A stretch of DNA of 50,064 nt, filler included, from an uncultured virus (IMG/VR IMGVR_UViG_2061766007_001805) (lineage: Duplodnaviria; Heunggongvirae; Uroviricota; Caudoviricetes). It is 6 parts of one record of this genome, joined end to end, with 100 filler letters (N's around TTAATTAATTAA, not from the genome) between each part and the next. Parts side by side here need not be neighbours in the genome. Positions count along the whole stretch, not along the records: positions 18,378 to 24,177 come from IMGVR_UViG_2061766007_001805; positions 24,278 to 32,206 come from IMGVR_UViG_2061766007_001805; 4 more parts are not named here. One strand, 5' to 3'. Positions within the stretch are counted from its first letter, which is position 1. Each line of letters starts with the position of its first letter. Below, piece after piece: positions 18,378-29,017 of the stretch. The position numbers and the translations under genes were made by a program. A model generated the notes under the pieces. The model saw nothing but the letters and a program-made list of their open reading frames with translations, did no database searches and had not been told where the DNA came from.

Positions 18378-19656
18378 ATGCTTTTCTGTAAAGTCTTCCA
18401 TAAACGACTTTGAGTCGAACGTAACCTGCTTTGTAGGTGCAACCACAGTGAATGAGAAGTCGTCGCACTTTACTTTTGAAATACCGCGCTCAGACAAGAA
18501 GTTGTACAACTTTGCTTTGAAAGCTTCGATTTTCGCCTCGCGTTCCTTAATCTCTCGTAAGAACGTTGCAACATCGCTGAACTGCGTGTACACGTTTGCA
18601 GGAAGCATGTTTGCGTCAACCTCTTCATTAGGATAATACTCAGTCAAATCCTCCAAGAAAGCGTCCACGATGTCCATCGCTTTGCCAAGGTCGTACTCTG
18701 CTTTCGAGAAGCGAACCTGCTTGACTGTGAGTCTCGACGGGTCGAACTCGTGGTCGTCGTAATCTACGCCATTGGTATCGTACACGCAGAGAAGTACCCT
18801 GACAGTGTAGTTTCCGACCATCCTTGCAAGCTCGTTCCCTATAAGCCAGTGATGTGCGAGCTGCCATCTGTACTCGTCACGTGCCTGTCTGAACGACNNN
18901 NNNNNNNTCCGTGTAAAACGCAAAAGTCTCAAGAAAGTCATTAATGATGTCCATACCTTTCTCTATCTCGTAGGTCTTTGAGATACGTTCGATGTTTCTG
19001 AGGTACTTAACTGTAAGTCTGCTTGGGTCAAACTCAAAGCCTTCTTCAAGGTTCATGCNNNNNNNNNNNNNNNNNNNNNNNNNNNNNNNNNNNNNTCTTA
19101 CTTTGTAATTCCCGAACTTGTGTGCAATCTCCTTGGCAAGAATGAAGTGTATGACAAGCTGCGGCATGTATTTGCTTCTCGTCTGCTGAAAAGAGAACCT
19201 TGAACACTTGACTTCGTAAACGTTCAAGACTTTGTTCTTTTCATCCAACAGAACGATGTCGGGATGTGAAATGAGTCTGACGTTCTTTCTGCTGTANNNN
19301 NNNNNNGATGACCTTCGCGTTCTTGCGCGAGAACTTCGTGCTTGTAAGGCACGGGTTCGACTGCCACCTGTCGTCCTGAGACTTGAGCATACTGAATATC
19401 TCAAGTTCCATTCTGTCTCCGNNNNNNNNNNGTTCGACACATACCTGTCGTCGTTTGCACTCAGATGCCTGAACAGCATCATCTCAAGCTCATCGCCTGC
19501 TCTTACTGCAGCTGTCTGAGGTATATCTTCCTGTTCGACAAAACCTTTGAGCACAGCGAGTCTTTTATACGCAGACTTCGGTACTTGGCTTAATTGCGCA
19601 ACCTGAGCTATCAAAGCTCCGTCNNNNNNNNNNNNNNNAATCTTATAGTCTTCCAT
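18378..19656 (-). CDS. YqaJ/lambda-exonuclease-like PD-(D/E)xK nuclease (two variant 3' ends scaffolded together)
   Basis: AVRAGDELE...SHPDIV...VYEVK...YMPQL motif order. The segment EFDPSRLTVK...GMDII/AMDIV appears twice. Confidence 0.6.
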
Positions 19657-19657
19657 T

Positions 19658-20023
19658 CTATCTGTTGTTTTGTGAGTTAATTATCTCTTCGTCTGATTTG
19701 GTCTTCACAACGTACACCTCATTGGCGTTCACGGCATTCGCAACGATGTCCTTGCCGTTGACTGTCTGCTTGAACGAAGACACGAAGCCGAATACAATTA
19801 CTGTATTACCAGTACGCGCGTTAACGTTCTCAAGGTACTTGATGACTGCTGGCTTGTAGCACATGATGTTGAAGTTCTGATGATAGTTGTAGTCTGTGGA
19901 CGTCATGCCATCCTTGTTCTCAAGCGTTATCGGCATCCAGATGTACGGCTGTCCGTTGACTGTCTTCCCTTTCTTTATCACGTTGCCAATCCTGCCAACG
20001 AGAATCATCAAGTTCCTGTCCAT
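19658..20023 (-). CDS. ssb: Single-stranded DNA-binding protein
   Basis: NLMILVGRIGN...GNTVIVFGFV OB-fold SSB pattern, adjacent to the nuclease. Confidence 0.7.
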   Translation of the reverse strand: MDRNLMILVGRIGNVIKKGKTVNGQPYIWMPITLENKDGMTSTDYNYHQNFNIMCYKPAVIKYLENVNARTGNTVIVFGFVSSFKQTVNGKDIVANAVNANEVYVVKTKSDEEIINSQNNR

Positions 20024-20311
20024 ACTACTCTTCCACTGTGATTACGCACTCTTTGAACTCGCCTCTATTGACTGACTGCAGAAACGACTTGTCTGACACG
20101 ACACCGCCGCCGATGAACGNNNNNNNNNNNNNNNNNNNNNNNNNNNNCGTATAGAAATACAGCTCGCCGTTCTTGTCACGGGCAACGAATGCTTTCACTT
20201 CTGTTCTCTTGTTTTCGTTCTTCTTTTCCATAATTTTCTAATTTTGCTACAAAGTTACAAATAATAATTGGAAATATTTAAAGTTTATACAAATATTAAC
20301 GTATTTAACAT

Positions 20312-20711
20312 TCAGTCACAACCGTACTTGTCGCACCACTCCTGCTTGGCTGTGATGTAGTCGTCTACTTCTTTGTCCCACATGGCTTGCGTGTCTGTGT
20401 CGAANNNNNNNNNNNNNNNNNNNNNNNNNNNNTACCCAATGAGGGTCGTGTCTGAGCGTGACGAGCTTGTCTCTGTACTTCTCTGGCAGCGAGTCCAATA
20501 TCTGCTGCACGAAGTCTGCAACATGCTCTTCTCTGTCGACGAGATGTATTTTCGTTGACGTGTCGTCGCAGTGTGTCTTGACCATGATGTACTTTCCGTC
20601 TTCAGACACGCCGTTCATCCTGAGCTGAGTGCAGTTGCCGCTCCAAGGGCTTGCAAAGCACGGTTGCTTGATGGCTTGCTCGATGTTGTTTTTAAGAATC
20701 TCCTTGTTCAT
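20312..20711 (-). CDS. Hypothetical phage protein (gap-broken)
   Basis: MNKEILKNNIEQ... ending ...WDKEVDDYITAKQEWCDKYGCD. Confidence 0.6.
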
Positions 20712-20917
20712 TTCTCTTCGTCTTTAGTCAGTCTGTTGTACTGCTCCTCAGTGAGCCTCGTAATGTTGATGATGGCGTACGACGTGGCGTTCTTCTCGTG
20801 GCACACGTCCATGAGAGCTTCCTTCGTTGGGAACGCGTCGAAGTAGCAGTTCACATACGCGTTGTAGTTCGTGAGGATTGTGAACAGCCAGTGCTCTTTC
20901 TTCTGCTTCTTTTCCAT
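20708..20917 (-). CDS. Hypothetical phage protein
   Basis: 69-aa ORF whose stop overlaps the next start. Confidence 0.6.
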   Translation of the reverse strand: MEKKQKKEHWLFTILTNYNAYVNCYFDAFPTKEALMDVCHEKNATSYAIINITRLTEEQYNRLTKDEEK

Positions 20918-21049
20918 AAGTGTTTAATTGTTGTTTAATTGTTCGTTGTACAGTCTCACTGCGTCTTTCCAGCTGATGGTCTGGCGCTTCGTCATCGGCT
21001 CGNNNNNNNNNNNNNNNNNNNNNNNNNNNNNNNNNNNNNNNNNNNNNNN

Positions 21050-21500
21050 AGTCTATCACTTCGTCGAGACACGCCCTTCCGAAGTTTCTCTGCATGATGT
21101 AGTCCATCTGCGTGTGGACTATCATGTCCGAGAGTGTATACACGTCCATAGCCTTCAGTACGTTCCATACTCTTACGGAGAACTCCTCTGGTTTGAGTTT
21201 CTTCTGCAGTATAGCGTCTTTCTTCAGCTTAACGAGAGGCTGCTCTTCTTCCGTAAATATGCACTCAGCATCTTTTTCAAGCGGCTCAGACGACTTGAGA
21301 CCGTCTATGAAGCCTTTCATGTACACTTCCAACAACGATTCGTGGAATACTCTCGCGATTGGAGCAATCAAGCCCTCTGCGTCTTTCTTTGCTTGTTCAA
21401 TTTTACCTTCTGTCATAAGCGTTTGTTTTGAGTTGTTAGAAATCGTCATCGTCATACCAGTCTTCTGAAAGACCTCTTCCATAGTGTATCGGACACTCAA
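21050..21500 (-). CDS. Protein with an RNA polymerase alpha C-terminal-domain-like module (3' end in gap)
   Basis: EEFSVRVWNVLKAMDVYTLSDMI...QRNFGRACLDEV matches the alpha-CTD pattern LSVRsxNcLk...tlgDL...rNfGrKSlxEI. Confidence 0.75.
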
Positions 21501-21977
21501 TGCAGTTCAAGTCGCAAAATCCTTGCTCCTGTACTTCTTTACATGCTTCTTCTTGTGTCATAAGCGTTTATTGTTAGGTGAATAAATAATAATCNNNNNN
21601 NNNNNNNNNNNNNNNNNNNNNNNNNNNNNNNNNNNNNNNNNNNNNNNNNNNNNNNNNNNNNNGCTAACAATACAGTTTCTTGTTTCTTTGTCAAGAAGCA
21701 ATTTCTCTGTTTCTTTTATAGTTCCATCACTCCACATTGAAGGTGTTTCAAAAGCAAGTTCGTGTTTACTATAAAGACGTGTTGTTTTTACACCGCTTTC
21801 TCGTACAGCAATACACAGTGTAGCGNNNNNNNNNNNNNNNNNNNNNNNNNNNNNNNNNAATGGGTGTTCCAATGCGTCAATAAAGTCACTGATGTCGCCG
21901 ACAAGTCTTGCCTTGTCCTCGAAGTTTTCTTTAATTGTTCTCATAACCTTGTTGTTTGTTTAATTAACTATTACGTA

Positions 21978-22410
21978 TTATTTAATGTTATCTTTAATAA
22001 GTTCTTCACACCACAAAAGAAATTCATATCTTTGCTTTGAAATAGACACCATTTNNNNNNNNNNAAAGATGTTTGTTTCTTCGTTTGCATCATAACCAAT
22101 TGCATCATTGCACAACTTGTCGCAAAGTTCATTATATTCATTTCCGTTATGCCCTCGCACCCATTTGTATTCAATATTTAAGTTACGCTCTTTTATTACG
22201 TCATCCCAAACATCAAATAAGTCTTTGTTTAACTTACGTTTCCACTTACCAGACAATGTATTGAGTGCATATTGTGAATCAGAATTAACAACAATATCAG
22301 TTGCGTCTTGTGGTAATTGTAGAATAGCATTGATAATTGCTTTTAATTCGGCACGGTTGTTTGTCTCGTGGGTAATCTTTTTCGCAAACCTTTTGACTTC
22401 ATTATTTAAT
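21978..22410 (-). CDS. rnhA: Ribonuclease HI (5' end in gap)
   Basis: TNNRAELKAII...VNSDSQYA...NKDL...WVRGHNGNEYNELCDKL are RNase HI motifs. Confidence 0.9.
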
Positions 22411-22591
22411 NNNNNNNNNNNNNNNNNNNNNNNNNNNNNNNNNNNNNNNTTCATCATTCATCTGCGAATAAGCACCATCCGTATAAATTATGTACTTCAT
22501 ATTCTAACACTAACTAACTATATAGTACGTTGCAAAACGTTATCTATAAAATGCTTTANNNNNNNNNNNNNNNNNNNNNNNNNNNNNNNNN

Positions 22592-22991
22592 TGCCAGACG
22601 ATTCGTCCTCTCTCTGTCTTTAATAAGCTGCTCTTGAGTATCGTGATAACCTCCGTCAACTTCTATACACACACCGTAGTTTGGAAGAAAGAAGTCCATA
22701 ATATAACTTTTACCACAAACCAAGCATGGCTTTTGAAACTCGAAGACGATACCATTCTTTTCAAGTACGTCTTTCATGGCTTTCTCTCCATCCGTGGNNN
22801 NNNNNNNNNNNNNNNNNNNNNNNNGCTGCGTATTTATGTTCGCTAACGTATTCTTTTTTATAGTAAGATATTGATTCCAAAGAAATGTCTTCAAAATATT
22901 TGTCATTCTTTATTCTTTCTTCAGATTCAATTCTGTGTTTCTTTAGTAGAAAGTTGTTATAGTCTTGCACATTAAACAAAGAGCCATACAC
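22592..22991 (-). CDS. DUF559/Vsr-like endonuclease domain protein (gap-broken)
   Basis: TDGEK...FEFQKP...YIMDFF...IEVDGGYH...DRERTNRL. Confidence 0.75.
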
Positions 22992-24277
22992 AGCACTACT
23001 TATTTCTTTTTTGCTTAACCCGAAACAAGCAAGTAATCGCTTACAGTCTTTGATNNNNNNNNNNNNNTGGATGGCAAATAGTCGTTATCTGTAAACGGCA
23101 AAACCTTACCCTTTATCTTTATCTCTTTCAACATAAAATACAAAGCCTTGTAATTAAGACCTTTAATCTTTCTACAAACTTTTGAAAGAATAACTGCTTG
23201 GGTGTTTTCTTTTAAGAAGTCTTTTAAGCGACAGATTGACATTTCTTTGTATCTATCTTGAGNNNNNNNNNNNNNNAAAGAATCGTGTTTCCACTTTTCA
23301 ATTACTTCTTCTTGTATTTTCTTGTTAAGCATATATAGTATATTTAATTGTTATCGTACTAAGTAAAAGCAACATAGCTGTAGGGAAAAGGAAACGAAGT
23401 CTCGTGATTCCATAATTTCCCCTTACCCAACGAACAAAGTTAATTGCTCGTAGGCTTGGGGAGTTATTTCGAGCTTATAGCCGCTTTTACAGAGGTTTCC
23501 TCGCTCGGCTCATCAACATCTTGGCAAATGCGACTTGCGTTCAGAATCTTCGGGTACTTTGCCAACCCTGCGCAGGACTTCTTATTCCACCTATCCTCCC
23601 TCTTGTGCGCTTTCCCCTCACGGACTGATTACCGTGATGCCTCGGAGGGTTTGTTTATTTCAGTTCGTGTTATAGAGGTCGAGCGTTTAATTTCTGCCGT
23701 CAGCACTCCTGTAACTACACGTAGTTTGGAAACTCATCACGAANNNNNNNNNNNNNNNNNNNNNNNNNNNNNNNNNNNNNNNNNNNNNNNNNNNNNNNNN
23801 NNNTCGTCCCACAATACCGTCAGCTCAACACTGGTTTCTTGCTTTCGACAAGACGCTGAAAACAAGAAAAGCCGAACCTTGTATAAACAAAAAATCCAAC
23901 TTCGTGGTAGCGGCACTCGTTGGAAATTCTGTGTATATGGTTCGGCGTACGCCTAACAAATACNNNNNNNNNNNNNNNNNNNNNNNNNNNNNNNNNNTTG
24001 TTTCAACGCTGCAAAGATACGACTATATTTTATATATTCCAAGTTTTATGGCAAAACTTTAAGTTATTTTAGCATTTGGGCACCTTTCCAGCACAGCCAC
24101 GAGCAGACAGCAATGTTGATAGTGACGATTACTGCCACTTGCTCAGGGTACAGCTCGACAGTTATTAGCCATTGTTTNNNNNNNNNNNNNNNNNNNNNNN
24201 NNNNNNNNNNNNNNNNNNNNNTTAATTAATTAANNNNNNNNNNNNNNNNNNNNNNNNNNNNNNNNNNNNNNNNNNNN

Positions 24278-24747
24278 GACGCACCAAGTTTTATGCCTTG
24301 ACTCTTCTTTACTTCAAGCGCAGAGCGTGTGCGGCTGCTGATTAGCTCCTTCTCCAATTGTGCCGCGAATGAAAAATTTTGAAGAATCAACTCGTCCAAC
24401 GCAGTGATGTGGTCGCATCTCAAGTCCAACCCCATGCTTACTACCACAAGACGAATCTTGCGTGGCTTCAGTTCTTCGTTGATAAGCTTGCTCAAGTCGA
24501 ACATCGAACGTCCAAGACGTGAAATCTCTGAGACGATGAGCATGTCGCCAGCAATCATAATCGGAAGCAGCTCCTTGCCGAGCTTACGTTCTTTATACGA
24601 TACACCGCCGCTGATTCCCTCGTCACTCACAACGTCCGTGACTGACATGTTGTTACGGCCAAGCCACTCGTACACAGTCCTCTCCTGTTGAGCAAGAGAC
24701 TGCTGGTCTGTACTGACGCGGCTGTAAAGATAAACCCTATTGTTCAT
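24278..24747 (-). CDS. Serine recombinase (resolvase/invertase family), 3' end cut by contig end
   Basis: YSRVSTDQQ...DEGISG...GDMLIVSEISRLGRS...AQLEKELISSRT...GIKLG. Confidence 0.92.
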
Positions 24748-25545
24748 NNNNNNNNNNTGCGTAGTAGTATGGCTCGTCGCGCACTTTCTTGATTGCGATT
24801 GCTTTTGCCTGTTCCTCGCTCTCAGCATCCACGTAAATAACTTTCGACACTGTAATGTCTACAAATACTTGAAATTCTTTTGTCTTCATAATGTTTATGT
24901 TTTAATTGTTTATAACTCGTAGTCTATGCTCTGCATCCAGTGGATTCTTAGCATGATATATGGAATAGCAGACTCGCATCCTCCCTCTCTGCAGAGGTCA
25001 GCAGCTTTTGTCAGCACTTCAATGTCTTTTCCGTATCTCGTCTTCATACTCAACCCTCCATCAGTGTAGGCCCAGACTGAAGCATCCACATGTTGCAGCC
25101 AAGAATCTTGTCGTTGTCGTCACCTGCGAACTCTTTCAGAAGCTCCTCGTACTTGCTTGTGGTAAGCTTGTGGTCTGAGCAGTTCACTTTCTCATTCTCT
25201 CCAAGAGCGTTCAAGTCAACGCTCGGTGTGCTCTGAATGTAGCACTCTCTTACGAAATCTCCGAATGTCATAGTCTTACTTTTTTCTTTGTTTGAACACT
25301 TTACACTTAGGGTCACAATAGACCGAGTTGAAATAGTCGCACCAAGAGCATCCGTCGTCTTGGCGGCAGTAGACACAGTTCTGTTTCATATCATCTTAAA
25401 TTGTAGTATTGTCCGAATCCTTCAAACTTCTTCAATAGAGAACGTCGGCACTGAATGTCGTCAGCACCTCCAGACGGATTGGTGTTTGCCATCATTGTCT
25501 TAATAGCCCACACTTGCTTCTCTGATAACTTGAACGTCTTGTACT

Positions 25546-25899
25546 TCATTTCTTTGTCTTCTTGGGTTCTTTGTAATAGCATGTTACCTTATATCCACTC
25601 TGAGCCATCGGTTTCACCAACTGCCGAGCTTCCTTGTAGTAGACGTTCAACTTGACGCTGACTACAGACGTTCCGAGCAGCGTGTGGTCTGATGTATTCT
25701 TGATGATTCTCTTTGCGTGGTCGATGTCAACAAGGAAGTTCCATAGCTGAGCCATCTTCACGCCGTCCTCGCGCTGATAGTGATAGATGAACGCACACAG
25801 CGCATTGGCTGGATGAATCTTGACGGTCAGTGTTTTCGAGTCGTCGTGGTTCTTTACTCTGACCTCTCCATAGGTCACGGTGTAATCTACTCTTAGCAT
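25546..25899 (-). CDS. Hypothetical phage early protein
   Basis: 117-aa ORF in a run of co-oriented small genes spanning about 24.8-32.2 kb. Confidence 0.7.
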   Translation of the reverse strand: MLRVDYTVTYGEVRVKNHDDSKTLTVKIHPANALCAFIYHYQREDGVKMAQLWNFLVDIDHAKRIIKNTSDHTLLGTSVVSVKLNVYYKEARQLVKPMAQSGYKVTCYYKEPKKTKK

Positions 25900-27393
25900 A
25901 ATGATGATGTTTTAAATTGTTTAAACTTCGTGATAATCCTCAGCGTCGAATGCGCTGTATTCGCAGTTCTCGTCAAGAATCTGCGCTACGTTGACCATAT
26001 TACCAAAAGCAATCTCGTTCTGCACTTCGTCTATAACATGGTCTTCAACCCAAAATGTCAATGTTGCTTTTTTCATATTACTCTTCGATTAAATCTTCCT
26101 TCTTAAATCCTGCACTCTCAAGTATCCAGTCTATAGACTTGTCAAGTTCTCCGTAGAACCCCCAGCAGGAATCAGTCTCTTCCCACTCCTCGTCCTCAGT
26201 GTCCTCGTCATCTCGCTCTTCGTCGATATACTCCTTGTGAAGCTTGAAGCGATGACGCTCTTCGACCTTGAAGCCGTACACTTCATTGTCTCCCCATGCC
26301 TCAAGTTCGNNNNNNNNNNNNNNNNNNNNNNNNNNNNNNNNCTTGTCGTTCCAATACTCCTCTTTGCAACCGCTGTACTTCAAGAACTCGTCCTTCTCAA
26401 GCCAGCAGATACCCTCGGAATGACAATCAGCATAGTCGCTGAAGCTGATGCTTCCGTAGTACCCAAAGCTATACGACGCAATCTTAACCTTGTCGTCCAA
26501 GAACTTCTCTGCAAAGTATTCTATTGCATCTTCTGTAGCATTTTCGAGCACGTAGCACAAGTCGATGTCGTCTTTCTTGCCGTCAAAGAACTCGTACTCG
26601 TACCATCCGTCTTCCCTTGAACTTGCAAAGAAGCAGTTGATGTCTCCAACGAGAATCCATCCTTTACGTGAGCGGTCGTAGATGAGAGCAAGCCCGTACT
26701 CGACTTTTTCTTTACCNNNNNNNNNNNNNNNNNNNNNNNTTTCTTTTCGTCACCGTAGTAGTTTATCAGATACTCCAACAAGTTGCGTGCAGAAGACGAA
26801 TGCGACTCTCTTTCGCTCTTGTTCATAATCGTGCATTCACGAGACCAGTCCTCGCAGTGCAGGGGCTCGTCAGTGTTGTAGCGAGGATTGTCAGCATCAT
26901 CGTCCCGATAGATTGTGATTCTATGATTTCCGTCCTTNNNNNNNNNNNNNNNNNNNNNNNNNNNNNNNNNNNNNNNNNNNNNNNNNNNNNNNNNNNNNNN
27001 NNNNNNNNNNNNNNNNNNNNNNNNNNNNNNNNNNNNNNNNNNNNNNNNNNNNNNNNNNNNNNNNNNNNNNNNNNNNNNNNNNNNNNNNNNNNNNNNNNNN
27101 NNNNNNNNNNNNNNNNNNNNNNNNNNNNNNNNNNNNNNNNNNNNNNNNNNNNNNNNNNNNNNNNNNNNNNNNNNNNNNNNNNNNNNNNNNNNNNNNNNNN
27201 NNNNNNNNNNNNNNNNNNNNNNNNNNNNNNNNNNNNNNNNNNNNNNNNNNNNNNNTCATTTCCTCGATTAACGACTCGACTGCATCGCAGTCATTCTTCT
27301 CAATCAATACGTCAAGCGTATCCTTGCCGCCTGACCATGCCCCGAAATTGTCAAGGCTGCACTCGCAAATGTACTTCATAATGCTTAAATGTT

Positions 27394-27786
27394 TTAAAAG
27401 TTATACTTGTCCTGTAACCAGTTTGAAATCTCGTAGATGTCGATGTCTGTGATGCTCTTCCACTTCTCAAAGGCATCCTTGCACCCGTTGTAAGCCTTGA
27501 TGCACTCGCTCGGCTTCGTGTACCCGAACTCTGAGGCGAAGTCGTCGATGTCCTGTGCGTTGTCGTAAGCGATGCCGTCAGACAAGAAGAAGTAAAACGC
27601 TTCACACAACTGATTCTCGTCCAACTCACAGTCGTTGCAGTAGAAGTCGAACGTGACAGTCTCTGAACCTATCGTAACGTCTACCTCGTGATGCTGCTTA
27701 ACGTAATCACCCCAAGGCTTTGCTTCACCGATATGGTTGCCGTAGAGAATAATCTCTGTTCCGTTGTAGTTGATTGTTGTTTCCAT
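27394..27786 (-). CDS. Hypothetical phage early protein
   Basis: METTINYNG...DIDDFASEFGY..., preceded by an AT-rich translation-initiation region. Confidence 0.7.
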   Translation of the reverse strand: METTINYNGTEIILYGNHIGEAKPWGDYVKQHHEVDVTIGSETVTFDFYCNDCELDENQLCEAFYFFLSDGIAYDNAQDIDDFASEFGYTKPSECIKAYNGCKDAFEKWKSITDIDIYEISNWLQDKYNF

Positions 27787-27802
27787 AATGCTAATGTTTA
27801 AA

Positions 27803-28105
27803 TTAATACTGAATATCTTTCTCTTCGATTCTGATGTTTTCGTAATAGTCGTCGCATAGGTTGCGGATATAGAAACCGTACTCGCTCTCGTCAATCTCAT
27901 AACAGAAGTCGTCCATTTCATCTTCAGAGACCTTGCCTTCAAAATAAGGCAGAGCGTCCTTATACTTCGGAGACTCGTTCAGAATGGTACGCTTTTCATC
28001 GTTCATAATCTGCATTGCAGTCTCTTTGCAGATGCAAGGGGTGACGTTGAATAGAAGTGCTCCGTCAACCATGCTCTCCTGTGTAACCAACCAAATCTTT
28101 TCCAT
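27803..28105 (-). CDS. Hypothetical phage early protein
   Basis: 100-aa ORF in the co-oriented run. Confidence 0.65.
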   Translation of the reverse strand: MEKIWLVTQESMVDGALLFNVTPCICKETAMQIMNDEKRTILNESPKYKDALPYFEGKVSEDEMDDFCYEIDESEYGFYIRNLCDDYYENIRIEEKDIQY

Positions 28106-28937
28106 ATTACCAATTCCTTTCGTCGTTTACAATCTCTCCAATCATATTCTCAAGGGTGAGGTAGTACTCAAGCCCTTCGCTCACACAGAGTCCGTCGTGG
28201 CGCAACTTGCGCAGCTTGCGGATGGCTCGCTCGGTCACGTTGAACTTTCCGCAGATAGGCCACTTGTCTGAATCGTCCTCGTTGCGAAAGTGCCTGTTGA
28301 TTTCTCTGATGCTCATCTCATTGATGATTGCATCGGTAAGAATTACTTTTGCCATAATAAAATTAATGAAATAATCCGTAATATCTTTTTATGTCAGATG
28401 CGTCCTTTACATTGTACAAGAGCTTCTTCCAAGAGATTCGTCCGTAAATATCGCCATAGCGACACTTATCGACAAGCCACCATGCTTCTTTTGAAACATC
28501 AACACCTTTTTCTTTTGCAGCATCGACAACGCTTTGTACATTGTCAATAGCCTTGAACTGATAATCGTAATCTTGCATAATTTATATCTTTTTAAAAGTT
28601 ATACACCGAATCAGTCTTGAAAGAGAAATTAGAGGCACATGCAATAAGAATTTCCTCACCGTCCTTTAACCTTGCAACATAAACGATATTNNNNNNNNNN
28701 NNNNNNNNNTGTCGGTAACATTTCCTTCCATATAGGCGATTAACGCACCATATTCTCTGCCAACACCAACTTTTTTGTAATAACCGATAATCTGTTTCAT
28801 AATGCTAAATGTTTTATGTTAATACTAAAGTGAATTGTCTTTGTCGTCGCCTAATGTTTAGAAAATTGCCTGTGGATGATGAGCACCACCACCCACAGGA
28901 CTTAAAGCATCAATCTAAAACATTAAGCAAACATATT

Positions 28938-29003
28938 GAAGCGGCGAGGGAATCGAACCCTCAGCCACAACCTTTAGAGTTGCTTAGTCGCCATGACCAC
29001 CGC
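28938..29003 (-). tRNA. Degenerate tRNA-like element (intact T-arm, reduced D-arm, CTCTAAA in the anticodon region)
   Basis: The minus strand reads GCGGTGG...GCAACTCTAAAGGTTGT GGCT GAGGG-TTCGATT-CCCTC GCCGC. Only about 63 nt long. Confidence 0.4.
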
Positions 29004-29017
29004 GCGTAGATAGTGAA

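Noticed and set aside
18378..19290. Tandem duplication of the nuclease C-terminal region
   Set aside because: The two versions are separated by N gaps and look like co-assembled alleles from related phages.
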